DNA of 64,000 nt from Cyanophyceae cyanobacterium. Its GTDB lineage: Bacteria > Cyanobacteriota > Cyanobacteriia > Cyanobacteriales > Laspinemataceae. Position numbers and translations under genes: made by a program. Where the stretch lies: positions 352,001-416,000 of the forward strand of contig JBBQFN010000001.1 in NCBI GenBank assembly GCA_038321985.1, in the 5' to 3' direction. Below are positions 41,762-53,671 of the stretch, in pieces. The notes under the pieces are model-generated. The model made no database searches and had not been told where the DNA came from. It was given only the letters and a program-made list of their open reading frames with translations. Every line of letters starts with the position of its first letter. Positions within the stretch are counted from its first letter, which is position 1.

Positions 41762-42127
41762 ATGAGTACAGTTCTGGTTGTAGAAGATAGCGTCACACAA
41801 CGGGAGATGATCTCAAACCTACTGAAAGGGAGTGGGTTGAATGTTACCGTAGCGAGTGATGGCTTAGAAGCCTTAGAACGGATTCAGGAGGCTTGCCCCG
41901 ATCTCGTCGTTCTCGACATCGTGATGCCTCGGATGAATGGCTACGAGGTCTGTCGTCGTCTCAAAGCCGATCCAAAAACCAAAAACGTTCCAGTGGTTAT
42001 GTGCTCGTCTAAAGGCGAAGAATTTGATCGCTATTGGGGCATGAAGCAAGGCGCAGATGCGTACATTGCCAAACCGTTCCAACCCACTGAACTGGTGGGA
42101 ACCGTCAAACAGCTACTCAGAAGATAG
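41762..42127 (+). CDS. hmpB: CheY-like response regulator, HmpB/PilH orthologue
   Basis: Single receiver domain VVEDS, LDIVMP, DRYWGMKQGADAYIAKPF. Confidence 0.9.
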   Translation: MSTVLVVEDSVTQREMISNLLKGSGLNVTVASDGLEALERIQEACPDLVVLDIVMPRMNGYEVCRRLKADPKTKNVPVVMCSSKGEEFDRYWGMKQGADAYIAKPFQPTELVGTVKQLLRR

Positions 42128-42140
42128 GGGATCTGCAATC

Positions 42141-42689
42141 ATGGTAGGTAATCCGGACTTTTTAACGGGGCTTGGACTAGAACAGGCCGCGGAATTTCAA
42201 GAATTAGAAAGCCCTGAAGGGGAGTTGCATCTGCGGTTTTTCGTGCCTTCAGGCAATGAATTTGCCTTAAGTGCAACAGGAATTCGTGAAGTAATTGCTC
42301 AATCGCCCGATCGCATTACACTGATTCCCAACGTATCATCCTTACTGTTGGGAACACTCAATATTAGAGGTCGCGTGATTTGGGTCGCGGATCTGGGTCA
42401 ATTTCTGGGGGAACCCACCACCTTAAATACCGATCGCCCCGAAATTCCTGTGATCGCAGTGGAGGACCAAGACACTATACTAGGATTAGCGGTTGACCAA
42501 ATCGTGGGAATGGACTGGCTAGATGTCGAGCAGGTGCGCCTGCCTACAAACGTTCCAGACAGTATGGCTCCGTTTTTGCGGGGGGAGTGGGTAATCCCGC
42601 CCAAAGAACAAGCTAAAGAAGAAGAGGAGAAGATTCTGCGACTGCTGGATCAAGTAGCAATCGTGCGATCGGCACGATGGGCCGCATAA
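42141..42689 (+). CDS. hmpC: CheW-like adaptor, HmpC/PilI orthologue
   Basis: LLGTLNIRGRVIWVADL, LGLAVDQIVG motifs; ATG at 42141 follows the hmpB stop. Confidence 0.88.
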   Translation: MVGNPDFLTGLGLEQAAEFQELESPEGELHLRFFVPSGNEFALSATGIREVIAQSPDRITLIPNVSSLLLGTLNIRGRVIWVADLGQFLGEPTTLNTDRPEIPVIAVEDQDTILGLAVDQIVGMDWLDVEQVRLPTNVPDSMAPFLRGEWVIPPKEQAKEEEEKILRLLDQVAIVRSARWAA

Positions 42690-43588
42690 CAGCCTTGCCA
42701 ATCTTATTGCGCCCAACGACTATCCCCCGAATTTTAATCAGCTTAAGCTAATTAAAACTCAACCTAGTGGGTTAAGCTGACCCCAGGGTAAAGGATAGTC
42801 CGGTGATGACATCTATCGGTAACTGTAGTTCTTGCTCATAACCCCCTCGGGTTTTGTTAAACAGAGAATGGGTTTTAAAAAGGGGGTCCAGCAGCCTGAA
42901 CAAATCCAAGATACCCCGGGAGGCCAACATTACGAACAACTGTTCAAAAAGGACGAAACCATGTCCAAGCCAACCCTAAAGTCTAACACAGTTCTAGTTC
43001 TCAACTCCCCTAAAAACCCTTTAATACCGACGACTTTAAGCAAAGCTCCTTCCCTTCTAAAAGTTGGTAAGGCTTCTATCTTCCGGCGCTCCCCTTTTTC
43101 AATTATTTTGAATAAAGGGATTGAAAAGGTCGAAGATCAACCCTTTAAAAACCCTGGGATTGAAGCCGATTCGGTTCGGTACAGTCAACTCTCTAACATT
43201 TTGTACTCCACAACCGATACTCATTCAAACAATGGAGCAAGGTTCCCGACAGGTTATACAGATGGATAAATGGGAGTTTCCTAATCAGGGCGACAAGAGT
43301 CAGGGGTACAAGAAAAATAATTCATCAACAGATTGGAAGACTGGGTGCATCGTGAATGTTGTAGGCGGAAAGAATGCTAACCTGAAAGGGTTCCGACTAA
43401 AAACTGTTCGTGCAAAAGGTAACTTTGATATCCGTCTTGGCACCTTCAAAGTATTATCAGTCTCCCGCAATCCGGTCAAGGCAATCTAAAAATGCGATAG
43501 CTATAACTATAGTTTTAGTTAACCTTGATAAGATTTCAGTAGAAAAATTGTAAGAGCGCACTAGGTAGGCACCGCCAGGAGGGGGCAA

Positions 43589-46500
43589 ATGGTATCAAGT
43601 ACGGACTATCAGCAGGAGTACGAACAAGCTTTAACGGCCTATACTGAGAAAAATTATGAAGAAGCCGCGGGAATTGTCAATCAATTAGTTGCCAACTTTC
43701 CCGAGGACCCCAGCGCTAGACTACTAGCCGGTCATATCTACTGTTATGGATTGCAAATGTATGATGTTGCACTCGTTCAATATGAAGGAGTGCTGAATCT
43801 AACCGATGACCCGGCTTTCGTTGAGGGAGCGTCCCAGGGCATGGAATACGCCAATCATTACGCTACAGAAGGGATGCAGCCTTTCGAGAATGGCTATGAC
43901 CAGGGGGACGATTATGAATCCGCAAGTCAGGATTTTGATGAGGATTTAGATCCGATTCAATCGGAACAAGATACGGCAGTGTTCGACCTGGAAGCGCCAC
44001 CCCAGGGCAGTCAAGAAGAATTTTGGGAGGAAGACGACTCGGCTTTGGGCTTGCATGACCGGGCTTACAATGAAGCCTTAGCGATCAACCAGATCGGTTC
44101 CGATGAAGGGGACTTGGATATGGGATTCGATCCGGTTGATCCCCATCTCGAACTCTCATCTATGGAGTTGCAGGAATTTGAATCGGGGGACTTAGGAGGG
44201 GATCCTTTAATGGAAGAGGACAACCGGCTCAATCCCTTTACCAGCGAAGAGGCTTATGATGGCATAGCCGATGAAGACCCCTTTGCCATTGATGATCAAG
44301 AAATCCTCTCCGAAGTTCAAAACAGCCGATGGAGCGATCCCCTCAACGCTGAGTTACCGGACTTTTTGCCGAGTGATGAGGAAATGCCCGATTTGGTAGG
44401 GGAGGAGACGGCGATCAATCCCTCGAATCAGTCCCACTCCCCCTTTGATACCGGGAGTGACGATCTGGACTTGATGGATTTGGCAACGCCGTTTCAGGAG
44501 TTTGAAGACGCGTTTTCCTCCGAAGATGAAATGGAGGAAGCCTCAAGTTCTGATTACTCCGCCTCAGACTCCTTTGATGATGACGAAGAAACCAGTTATT
44601 ACAGCAATAATTCGGCGATCGACTCCGATTTCGATCTCTTCGATGCTGAGGAGGATTTAAAGGATGACTTCCTCGAAGATGACGAAGATCAAGCCTACCA
44701 TCAGAATGGAAAGAGTGCAGGGGACCCCGGCATTCCCTACGACTTTGACGAGGACTTTCCAGCTCAAACCCATTCTGAGGAAGAGGAAACTCTGTTAATG
44801 GGGCGCAAACAGCTTGAACAAGCTAACGGGATGGAGTCGCTTTCCAAAGCCTCGGCCCCGCCTTATTCCCAGCCCAGAGGACGGACTCAAGCGCCAATCG
44901 AGGACGAGGAAGATGACGATTTTGATAGTAAAACCTTCGTCTCGGAACCAACAAATGGATTCAACCGGGGGGATAGTTACGCCCTAGAGGATTTCGACGA
45001 CGCCTTTAGTGGGGGAAATTCCTTTGATGCCCAGCAGAAGCCGGGGAATTTCCAAAACGGTAACGCCACATCATCCCCCCTTGCCCAAGAAGAGGGCGTG
45101 GACTTTTTGGGAGAGTTCGAGGATTTTGATGATTTCGGCAATATTCCCGATTTTGATTTGTCGGAGGATACGACGGGTTCGAGTACCGGTGGATTCGGAA
45201 TGGGCAACATGGGCAGAAAAGCCTCTTTCCGAGACATCGACGATAGCTACGATATTGGCGAAGATACAGATGGATCCATCATTCGGGATGATGAGATTTT
45301 TAGTATCGCCGGAAGTGCTGAACAGGTCCCGGTGTTTACTCAACCGGAAAACGCTCCTGTAGAAACCTCGACGAATACCGAACCCGGGATCCTGGGCTTT
45401 CTAGAAAATGCCTCGTTGGTGAAAAAATTCCTCTGGGTGGCGTTAATTTCCGGAGGGGTATCGGCGATCGCAGCGGCTTCGGTTTCCTTTGCCTTTGCCA
45501 GTCAACGCAGTTGGCCCCAACAACTGAAAGACCCCTTGATGGCCCTAGCCGCTGGCGGCGCTACCATGCTGACTTGTTATGGGGTTGGCAATGCGAGCGC
45601 TAAGCTGATTCGCCGTTCTACTGACGATTTACGGGCGCAATTCGATACGATGTCTCAGGGCAATCTGTCCGCCCGAGCCACGGTTTACGCCGAAGACGAA
45701 TTCGGCCAGCTTTCCGCTAAATTTAACCAAATGGGGCGGATCATTTACACCACCACCTCCGAAGCCCAACGCAAGGCAGAAGAACAGGAACAGGCAAAAG
45801 AAGACCTGCAACGACAAGTGATTCGGCTGCTGGATGATGTGGAAGGGGCGGCTAGAGGGGACCTTACGGTTCAGGCAGAAGTTACCGCCGACGTCCTTGG
45901 TGCCGTGGCTGACTCGTTTAACCTCACGATTCAAAACCTCCGGGAAATCGTTCTGCAAGTCAAACTGGCTGCACGACAAGTGACGAAAGGGGCGACGGAT
46001 AGCGAATCGTTTGCCCGCAGTTTATCTTCCGATGCCCTGCGCCAAGCCGAAGAACTGGCTGCTACCCTTAATTCCGTCCAGGTGATGACGGATTCGATTC
46101 AACGGGTGGCCGATAGCGCTCGGGAGGCTGAGGAAGTGGCGAAATCCGCTTCGGCGACTGCGAAAAAAGGCGGCGAGGCTGTGGAACAAACCGTGGCCGG
46201 GATTCTGGAAGTTCGGGAAACCGTTGCAGAAACAACGAGAAAAGTCAAGCGATTGGCTGAATCTACTCAAGAGATTTCCAAAATTGTGGCCTTAATTGCC
46301 ACGATCGCAGGCCGGACCAACTTATTGGCGCTTAACGCCAGTATTGAGGCGGCGCGGGCCGGGGAAGCTGGACGAGGCTTTGCGATCGTCGCGGATGAAG
46401 TGCGGCAGCTTGCAGACCGTTCGGCTAAAGCGCTCAAAGACATCGAACAAATCGTGATGCAAATTCAGAGCGAAACCGGCGGGGTGATGATGGCAATGGA

Positions 46501-46807
46501 GGAAGGCACTCAGCAGGTTATTGAGGGGACGAAGCGGGCAGAGCAAGCTAAACGGGCGCTGGAAAATATCATCCAGGTCACCAATCGCATCGATGTGCTG
46601 GTGCGATCGATTACGGCGGATACGGTGGAACAAACCGAAACCTCTCGAGCGGTGGCGCAGGTCATGCAAGCGGTGGAACTGACGGCCCAGGAAACCTCCC
46701 AAGAGGCTCAACGGGTTTCGGGTTCTCTGCAAAACCTGGTCGGTGTGGCGAGAGACCTCTTGACCTCTGTGGAACGGTTCCGAGTGGAAACTGGGGAGCG
46801 CCGCTAG
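43589..46807 (+). CDS. hmpD: Methyl-accepting chemotaxis protein with N-terminal TPR and long acidic region, HmpD/PilJ orthologue
   Basis: [31 protein letters not shown] signalling tip, HAMP domains, two TM helices. Confidence 0.92.
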   Translation: MVSSTDYQQEYEQALTAYTEKNYEEAAGIVNQLVANFPEDPSARLLAGHIYCYGLQMYDVALVQYEGVLNLTDDPAFVEGASQGMEYANHYATEGMQPFENGYDQGDDYESASQDFDEDLDPIQSEQDTAVFDLEAPPQGSQEEFWEEDDSALGLHDRAYNEALAINQIGSDEGDLDMGFDPVDPHLELSSMELQEFESGDLGGDPLMEEDNRLNPFTSEEAYDGIADEDPFAIDDQEILSEVQNSRWSDPLNAELPDFLPSDEEMPDLVGEETAINPSNQSHSPFDTGSDDLDLMDLATPFQEFEDAFSSEDEMEEASSSDYSASDSFDDDEETSYYSNNSAIDSDFDLFDAEEDLKDDFLEDDEDQAYHQNGKSAGDPGIPYDFDEDFPAQTHSEEEETLLMGRKQLEQANGMESLSKASAPPYSQPRGRTQAPIEDEEDDDFDSKTFVSEPTNGFNRGDSYALEDFDDAFSGGNSFDAQQKPGNFQNGNATSSPLAQEEGVDFLGEFEDFDDFGNIPDFDLSEDTTGSSTGGFGMGNMGRKASFRDIDDSYDIGEDTDGSIIRDDEIFSIAGSAEQVPVFTQPENAPVETSTNTEPGILGFLENASLVKKFLWVALISGGVSAIAAASVSFAFASQRSWPQQLKDPLMALAAGGATMLTCYGVGNASAKLIRRSTDDLRAQFDTMSQGNLSARATVYAEDEFGQLSAKFNQMGRIIYTTTSEAQRKAEEQEQAKEDLQRQVIRLLDDVEGAARGDLTVQAEVTADVLGAVADSFNLTIQNLREIVLQVKLAARQVTKGATDSESFARSLSSDALRQAEELAATLNSVQVMTDSIQRVADSAREAEEVAKSASATAKKGGEAVEQTVAGILEVRETVAETTRKVKRLAESTQEISKIVALIATIAGRTNLLALNASIEAARAGEAGRGFAIVADEVRQLADRSAKALKDIEQIVMQIQSETGGVMMAMEEGTQQVIEGTKRAEQAKRALENIIQVTNRIDVLVRSITADTVEQTETSRAVAQVMQAVELTAQETSQEAQRVSGSLQNLVGVARDLLTSVERFRVETGERR

Positions 46808-46833
46808 GGTCTACAAGGGATGGGAAATTACCC

Positions 46834-46858
46834 ACGGGGGTTCAAACCCCCGTTTTTT
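46834..46858 (+). terminator. Intrinsic terminator after hmpD
   Basis: ACGGGGG-TTCAAA-CCCCCGT followed by TTTTT. Confidence 0.75.
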
Positions 46859-47396
46859 CAGGTTAACCGTTACTGTCGTTTTTTAAGTTTGTAGTAACGA
46901 CTTGAGAGGAAGTTTTTATGCGGGTTATACCGGAATAGAAACCTTGTAGGTTAACGGGGTAAGTCAGATTTATCGAAGGTAGAAATTCCCCATTTCTTGT
47001 CTCTAGAGGCGTGGGTTTGAATTTAGATAAAAAGTCGTTAATACTAACAATTGGGAAACGACTAAAGTCGGTACTACTCACTATTTGAAGAGAGCGATCG
47101 CCCCCGAGTTTCTTTTAAAAACCTCTACTCCCGTTGTAGTTGATAAGCTTATCCCCACGAGTGGGTACATTGATCTCAGGTCACGAGATTTTTAAACCAG
47201 TAATGGGAACCGCGATCGCGCTAGAGGGACCTTAAACCACAGAAGAGGGCTGCCGCCTCCGAACCCCAACCCCTCTAGGGTTGCAGAGGCTGCCCCCTCT
47301 AGCAACATCCGGCTCCACAAAAGGCGATAAAGCTCCGTTAGAAGAGCCAACGAGACCCTTGTTAGTAAATAGGAATAGAGGAACGGGACACCCGCT

Positions 47397-50300
47397 ATGC
47401 AGCCGGAACAACGAGAGCGAATAATGGGCTATTTTATTGAGGAGGCTACAGAACACCTCGATACCATAGAACAAGGGTTGCAAAATCTGCCGATCGCCGT
47501 CCAAGATCCGGAAGTGCTCGCCGAACTGTTTCGGGCGGCTCACTCGGTTAAAGGCGGGGCAGGAATGCTGGAACTCAGTGCTATCCAACAGATCGCTCAC
47601 AAATTAGAAGACGAGTTTAAACGGCTTCAGGATGTGCGGGTAGAAGTTGACTCACAGCTAGAATCCCTATTTGTGAGAGTGTTTCGCGGGCTTCAGGAAA
47701 CCGTAGCCTTAATCCGCTTACCCGGTCCCTTAGACTCAGAAAAAGGGGCCGAGATTTGCGCCCAAGTCCAACCGGCGATCGCGCAACTCCACGAGCATTT
47801 AACCCACTTGGTCCAGGATAGCTCTGCTTCATTGGGCTTCGCTACAAAGCCCCAAAATAACGCCCAACTGGGGGGCCAAGCCACACGGATCCAGATTCCC
47901 CCTAAGAACAGACGCGCAGAAGAAGACAGCGCCAAAAAACTAATTTTTAAGAGTGACGTTCCTCGGCTTTTGCAAGAAATGCTGCATCTGTTTAAGCAGG
48001 GAGAAAACCCCGATAGGCAAGAACGGATCCAAGAAATATGCCGCCAGTGGATACAAGCCGGGGAGCAATTCGATTTAAAATTATGGTGTCATTTAATTGA
48101 GAAGGCAGAAGAGGCGATCGCCAATCCACAGAACAGCTATCGAGTTCTTGGCCCTATACTCATAACAGAAATCCAAAAGGCTAGAGAACAAGTCCTCTCG
48201 GGCCATGCAGAAGCAATTACCGTGAGTCCCCAACTCGAAACGCTGCTGCTGCCTCAACTCCAACCAACTGCTTTATCACCCGCCCAAATAATACCGGAAA
48301 GCACCCATACACACACCCCCTTTAATCCTATGTCTAATAACTTTTCAACCTCGGATCAAAATCAGAGAAGATCGGACGGGCGGGACCCCACACCGAAAAA
48401 GAATCCCGATTCGGAAAACAAACCGGCATGGGGTGAAGATAAACGCGCGGGCAAACCCACCTATCAAACGGGACCCGAAGTAGGAGCAGCAGAACTCAAC
48501 ACCCTCGCCGACTTATTTGAAGGAGAGAGTTCCTACTTTGATGACAACTGGCAAGGAGAGGAAGTCGTAGAACAAGGGAATGCGGGCGAAGGGGCAGGGG
48601 ACTCCCCACCCCAGGAATCGGGCGAACCCCTCGCCAGTGCCAATGATTTTGATGATTTATTATTTGACCCTCATGCAGGCAAGCGGACGGATCTCGCCCC
48701 TGCACAGAATCAGGAGGATGATTTAGCCAGCTTATTCGGGGTGGACGGGTTAGTTGATCTAGAGGATAGCTCCATAGGCGATAAGCACCTGAGCCCCTTC
48801 CCTGTAAAAGCCGTTAAGTCCTCTAATCAAAAACTAAATGACTTGGGCAATTTGTTTGAGGATGTCGCTACAGAAGAGCTGAAAGAATCCGATGATTGGG
48901 ATCAAGTCTGGGATGATGAGCCGTTAGAGATGGTCACGGAAATCGCCCCAACTCAACCGTCGCCCAACCTCAGCGTAGAGATAGCCGACGATTCAGAATT
49001 TAATGATCTGCTAGAAATCGATGGATTTGAAAGCGGCTCTTTACCTGGGGGCGATCAATTTAACCCTAACTTGGCAACTGAAATTCAAATCGATGAGGAA
49101 GATTTTGAAGACTTGTTTGGCGAGACAAGCGGGGATGCACCCCCGAAGGAGACTGAGCCCGGGGAAGGAGAATCCTTAGATTGGTTCACCTCAGATAGTC
49201 CCGAAACTGCCCTCATAGAAGAAGAATTTACCGATTTATTTGAACTTGAAACCGCCCCCTCCCCGCAGAGTCAAGCGCCGACAGGTCCGGTAGCAACGGG
49301 GAAACCTGCCCCTACCCGTCAGGCGGACGAAGAGTTTTGGCTGGACTTCGAGGAACCTACCCCAGAGCCCCAGTCTGAGGTATTAGAAGCCCTTGATGGC
49401 TTATTTGATGATGCAGAACCGAATGCCAACTCAAATATCGACCTGATGGAAGAGTCGTCTTTAGATTCCGCACTGTTTGGGGAGGAATTTGGGGCAGAGG
49501 AAGACAGGGGCAATCTGTTCGAGGAGAGTGAGAGCGACCTCTCCGGTGACGATTGGAATTGGGACCTGGAGCCAGAAACTCCGGAAGACCCCGGCGATTT
49601 TTATCAAAATTTAGAGTCCCTGTTCGATGAACCGACGGAGCGATCGCCCAACCTGGATGTGAACCAAACCTCGGCTCCATCCCAGCGGCAAGCCAAGGGA
49701 ACAGGGCCGGTGGCTGGATTTCAAGAGCCTAGTGAGGTCAATCTCGACTTTGATCAGTTGTTTGGGGAGAACGAATATTTACCTCTAGGGGGTTCCCTGG
49801 GCGAAGCAATGCCCCCCGGGATATCCCAGCCCATCCGAGAGCGGCTCGATTTGCCTCCTGAACCCAAATTAAGCCCAGGGGCGGATATTTTTATCGAGCT
49901 AGATTGTCTCCTAGCAATGGGACCGCTCAAAGCCAGTTTTGAAGAGTTAGAAATGCTGTTAAACCCGCTGAGTGGCCGATCGCTAGCGCCAAGCAGCATT
50001 TCGATGCCTACGGCGCGATCTCCGCAGAGTGCCAGTTCCCTCCCTGCCTCGGTTGGGTCCTCTGGAGCGAATGCAGCCCCAGCCCGGGCAGCAGATGACT
50101 TTGCGGATATGGAGGATTTGCTGCGATCGAGTACAGATATGGGATCCCGAGAAACCGGGGGAAGAATGGCCCCTCGGCGCGGTGGCTTTGAGCAGACGAT
50201 GCGGGTGCCGGTGCGACAACTCGATAACCTCAGCAATCTGGTCGGGGAACTGGTTGTCAATCGTAATAGCATCGAACAGAATCAGGAACGGATGCGCCAG

Positions 50301-52154
50301 TTTTTAGATAACCTGTTGCATCAAGTCTCCCAGCTTACGGATGTAGGTCAGCGGATGCAAGATTTGTACGAGCGATCGCTGCTGGAGATTTCCCTACTGG
50401 CTTCGCGACAAAACTACCACTTTCTCGTGGGGGGCAATAATAATACCAATAAGGACCCCTCGAATTCCGGTTCCGATTGGAGCGCCCTGGAAATGGATCG
50501 GTTTACCCCGTTTCATAGCCTCTCCCAAGATATTTTGGAACTGATTGTTCGAGTCCGGGAATCAGCCTCGGATATCGAATTTTTGGTGGATGAAACAGAA
50601 CAGGTGACCCGGCAACTGCGGCAGGTGACGACCCAGTTACAAGAGGGACTGACGCGATCACGCATGGTGCCTTTTGCTCAAACTGCCGATCGCCTCCCGC
50701 GCGGGGTCCGGGACAATGCAATTAAGTTTGGCAAACAGGTAGAGCTTCAGGTTGAGGGCCGCGAAACCCTGATCGATAAAATGATTCTAGAGCAGTTGTC
50801 GGATCCCATGACCCATTTGGTCAACAACGCTCTCGCTCACGGGGTTGAAACTCCCGATGAGCGCCGGAAGAAGGGTAAGACCGCCGTGGGCCGAATCGTA
50901 GTACGGGCGTTCCACCAAGGGAACCAAACCGTGATTTCAGTCTCCGATGATGGAGCCGGGATTGATTCGGAAAAGGTGAAGGCGAAAGCGCTGCAAAAGG
51001 GGCTGATCACTGCGGAAGTGTCCAAGATAATGACCCGCTTGGATGTCTATGATTTACTGTTTATGCCTGGATTTAGTACCAAGGATCAGGCGGATGATTT
51101 GTCGGGACGCGGGGTAGGGATGGATGTAGTCCGGACCTGCTTAAGCGCTATTCGTGGGGTGGTGACCATTGATTCGACCCTGGGTAAGGGGACGACCTTT
51201 ACGATTCGCTTGCCCCTGACGTTGAGTATTTCTAAGGCCCTGTGTTGCATTAGCGATCGCGCCCGGATTGCTTTCCCGATGGATGGGGTGGAAGATATGA
51301 TTGATGTCCCCCGCGATCGCATTAAAACCAAGGAGGATGGACAAACGTATATTCCCTGGCGGGATACGATGTTGCCATTCCGTCACCTGCGAGAACTGTT
51401 GGTCTATAATCGCCATCTTGGACGTGGGGTGGTTTATGGAGCCAACCCGGAAGAGGACATCATCTCGGTGGTGGTCCTGCGTTCAGCGGGTAACTTCTTG
51501 GCGCTTCAGGTGGATCAGGTGTTAGGAGAACAGGAAATCGTGATTAAACAGCTTGAAGGGCCTGTTCCAAAACCTGTGGGAGTAGCCGGTGCAACGGTGA
51601 TGGGGGATGGTCGGATTGTGGCGATCGCCGACGTTCTGGAACTGCTCGATTTGGCTGCTGGACGTCTGCGGCGAGAAGGCACAGGCACTCTGTGGGAAGA
51701 TGCCCTCGGAAACCGGAGGCAGCCTGAACCTGAAATGGAGGCGGCGATCGAGCCGACGGTGTTGATTGTGGATGATTCGATTACCGTGCGCGAACTGTTG
51801 TCCATGACCTTTAATAAGGCGGGATACCGGGTGGAACAAGCGCGGGATGGTCAAGAAGCCTGGGAAAAAATGCGATCGGGTCTTCCCTGCGATTTGGTCT
51901 TCTGCGATATTGAAATGCCCCGCATGGACGGGTTGGAACTTCTATCGCGAATGCAGAAGGATCCGGTGCTTACCACCCTCCCTATTGCCATGCTCACCTC
52001 TCGTGGTGCCGACAAACATCGGCAAATGGCAGTCCAACTGGGGGCAAGTGGATATTTCACCAAACCCTATCTGGAGGAATCCTTGTTAGAAGCTGCCGGA
52101 CGAATGCTGAAAGGTGAAAAGCTCGTTTCGCTGAAGGCAGAGGTAACGCTTTAG
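47397..52154 (+). CDS. hmpE: CheA-like hybrid kinase (Hpt, acidic linker, HATPase, CheW, receiver), HmpE/PilL orthologue
   Basis: LFRAAHSVKGGAGM Hpt, SDDGAGID, GFST...SGRGVGMDVV, C-terminal receiver CDIEMPRMDG. Confidence 0.92.
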   Translation: MQPEQRERIMGYFIEEATEHLDTIEQGLQNLPIAVQDPEVLAELFRAAHSVKGGAGMLELSAIQQIAHKLEDEFKRLQDVRVEVDSQLESLFVRVFRGLQETVALIRLPGPLDSEKGAEICAQVQPAIAQLHEHLTHLVQDSSASLGFATKPQNNAQLGGQATRIQIPPKNRRAEEDSAKKLIFKSDVPRLLQEMLHLFKQGENPDRQERIQEICRQWIQAGEQFDLKLWCHLIEKAEEAIANPQNSYRVLGPILITEIQKAREQVLSGHAEAITVSPQLETLLLPQLQPTALSPAQIIPESTHTHTPFNPMSNNFSTSDQNQRRSDGRDPTPKKNPDSENKPAWGEDKRAGKPTYQTGPEVGAAELNTLADLFEGESSYFDDNWQGEEVVEQGNAGEGAGDSPPQESGEPLASANDFDDLLFDPHAGKRTDLAPAQNQEDDLASLFGVDGLVDLEDSSIGDKHLSPFPVKAVKSSNQKLNDLGNLFEDVATEELKESDDWDQVWDDEPLEMVTEIAPTQPSPNLSVEIADDSEFNDLLEIDGFESGSLPGGDQFNPNLATEIQIDEEDFEDLFGETSGDAPPKETEPGEGESLDWFTSDSPETALIEEEFTDLFELETAPSPQSQAPTGPVATGKPAPTRQADEEFWLDFEEPTPEPQSEVLEALDGLFDDAEPNANSNIDLMEESSLDSALFGEEFGAEEDRGNLFEESESDLSGDDWNWDLEPETPEDPGDFYQNLESLFDEPTERSPNLDVNQTSAPSQRQAKGTGPVAGFQEPSEVNLDFDQLFGENEYLPLGGSLGEAMPPGISQPIRERLDLPPEPKLSPGADIFIELDCLLAMGPLKASFEELEMLLNPLSGRSLAPSSISMPTARSPQSASSLPASVGSSGANAAPARAADDFADMEDLLRSSTDMGSRETGGRMAPRRGGFEQTMRVPVRQLDNLSNLVGELVVNRNSIEQNQERMRQFLDNLLHQVSQLTDVGQRMQDLYERSLLEISLLASRQNYHFLVGGNNNTNKDPSNSGSDWSALEMDRFTPFHSLSQDILELIVRVRESASDIEFLVDETEQVTRQLRQVTTQLQEGLTRSRMVPFAQTADRLPRGVRDNAIKFGKQVELQVEGRETLIDKMILEQLSDPMTHLVNNALAHGVETPDERRKKGKTAVGRIVVRAFHQGNQTVISVSDDGAGIDSEKVKAKALQKGLITAEVSKIMTRLDVYDLLFMPGFSTKDQADDLSGRGVGMDVVRTCLSAIRGVVTIDSTLGKGTTFTIRLPLTLSISKALCCISDRARIAFPMDGVEDMIDVPRDRIKTKEDGQTYIPWRDTMLPFRHLRELLVYNRHLGRGVVYGANPEEDIISVVVLRSAGNFLALQVDQVLGEQEIVIKQLEGPVPKPVGVAGATVMGDGRIVAIADVLELLDLAAGRLRREGTGTLWEDALGNRRQPEPEMEAAIEPTVLIVDDSITVRELLSMTFNKAGYRVEQARDGQEAWEKMRSGLPCDLVFCDIEMPRMDGLELLSRMQKDPVLTTLPIAMLTSRGADKHRQMAVQLGASGYFTKPYLEESLLEAAGRMLKGEKLVSLKAEVTL

Positions 52155-52351
52155 TCTTAATCTCTAGGGTTTAGATTACTGCTCGAAGCAGAGGGAGCAA
52201 GATGCTCCCTTTCCCTTTTATCTTGTTCCCTGTGCTCCAGCGTAGGATCTGAATAATCCTCAATCCGAGGGTTTAAAACCTATTTTCTCTCCACCCCGTT
52301 TTCAGACCGATGAAACCCAGATGGAGTATGCCTTACTAAGACACCCGCCGA

Positions 52352-53206
52352 TTAAGCAACCTCAGAAAGTTGCTGGTCTTCGTGTTCTATTTTGAACACA
52401 TTTGCATATAAGTTAGCCACAATTTGTTTGCCTTGTTGAGTCAAATTCAGGTAAGCCAGAGCTTGGGTAATAAAGGGAAAAACACCATTCCAGTAAAATT
52501 TGGGGTAATTTCGGCGGAGGTCTCCCGGATGGCGGTAATTTAACTTTTTAGTGGCTCCGGTTTCATCAAATTCGTAGAACAATGCAGCAATTTTTTGCAA
52601 GTAACGGGGATCGCTTAATTGACCGATGAGATCAGCGGCTCGAACCATTCCGGCATAATTGAAGGTATCTTTATGATCTTCATCGGCGGGAACGGGAAAC
52701 CTAGTCAGTTCAATATTGCGTTTAATTACTTCCGCATCAATCAGTCGATGACCGCCAAAACGCTCGGAGATAAAAAGTTTGCCGCGATCGACGTGATAGG
52801 GGGTGAGACTGGCATCGGTGGCCCCGAATGGAATCGGCACTTTTAAGCCATCTCTTCCCGTGGCATAAAGGCGTTTGCTGTCTTCATCTTGACGACATAC
52901 TCCCTTGACATAGCCAATATCATGGCACAGCAAAGAAATAATGAAATGCAGCCAATCCTCGCAGGATACACCACCTTCTCGAATATGTTTACCGCGCAGG
53001 ATTTCTTGTCCGACGAGGGTTACCAAAATGGTATGTTCTACGTTGTGATAGAGGGCATCACTATTGGCAATATTTTCGAGGGCCATACCACCGGCCCAAG
53101 CTAGAATTTCTGCATAATCAGGCTTATAGCCTCCATAGGTTCGATGGTAGCCTTCTTTCAGGCGGTCCACGAACGCTTCAATGAGTAGTGCTGTAGAATT
53201 AAACAT
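52352..53206 (-). CDS. HD-domain metal-dependent phosphohydrolase (Npun_R2479-like)
   Basis: YHNVEHT, LCHDIGY, YHVDRG, RAADLIGQ motifs. Confidence 0.85.
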   Translation of the reverse strand: MFNSTALLIEAFVDRLKEGYHRTYGGYKPDYAEILAWAGGMALENIANSDALYHNVEHTILVTLVGQEILRGKHIREGGVSCEDWLHFIISLLCHDIGYVKGVCRQDEDSKRLYATGRDGLKVPIPFGATDASLTPYHVDRGKLFISERFGGHRLIDAEVIKRNIELTRFPVPADEDHKDTFNYAGMVRAADLIGQLSDPRYLQKIAALFYEFDETGATKKLNYRHPGDLRRNYPKFYWNGVFPFITQALAYLNLTQQGKQIVANLYANVFKIEHEDQQLSEVA

Positions 53207-53671
53207 TTTCCCTCTTCTCAATCAAACTAAATCTTAAATTAAGGGCAGGTTTCTTGACCACTCCGAGGGTTTAGGATCGGACCCCCCCGACGGAGGGGTA
53301 TCGCCTTTTCCTCTGGATTTTTGGTGGAGGTTGGGGCGATATTCCCTCTTCGGATCTCAGGAGTGGGTTTTACCCCTGAGCTAAGCGAATTTCCACATTG
53401 AAATGGCGGGATTCTATCCGGCATGGGGGTGACACCCAGGTCGCCAATGTATGGAGGGTTCCATAAATGCTTCTATTATGAATTAAACCCAACCGCGAGG
53501 ATGTGATGCGAGTCATTTGCCGAATGTGACAATGGGGTAGTCTCTAGAGGATACTCGGGCTAAAATCGACTCAATTCCAAGGGTGTGATGTCTTTTGGTG
53601 TTGACTCTACCGCTGCGGGGGGAGATTCGGGGATTGTAGGGTGACAGGGTACTCCCTGATTTTTGTAAGGG

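Noticed and set aside
42832..43489. ORFs of 145 aa and 122 aa in the hmpC-hmpD gap
   Set aside because: TTG starts, mutual overlap and no recognisable motifs; not supportable as genes.
29947..52209. GAGCATCTTGCTCCC at 29947-29961 and GGGAGCAAGATGCTCCC at 52193-52209
   Set aside because: Short REP-like palindromes of a kind common in filamentous cyanobacteria; nothing special locally.
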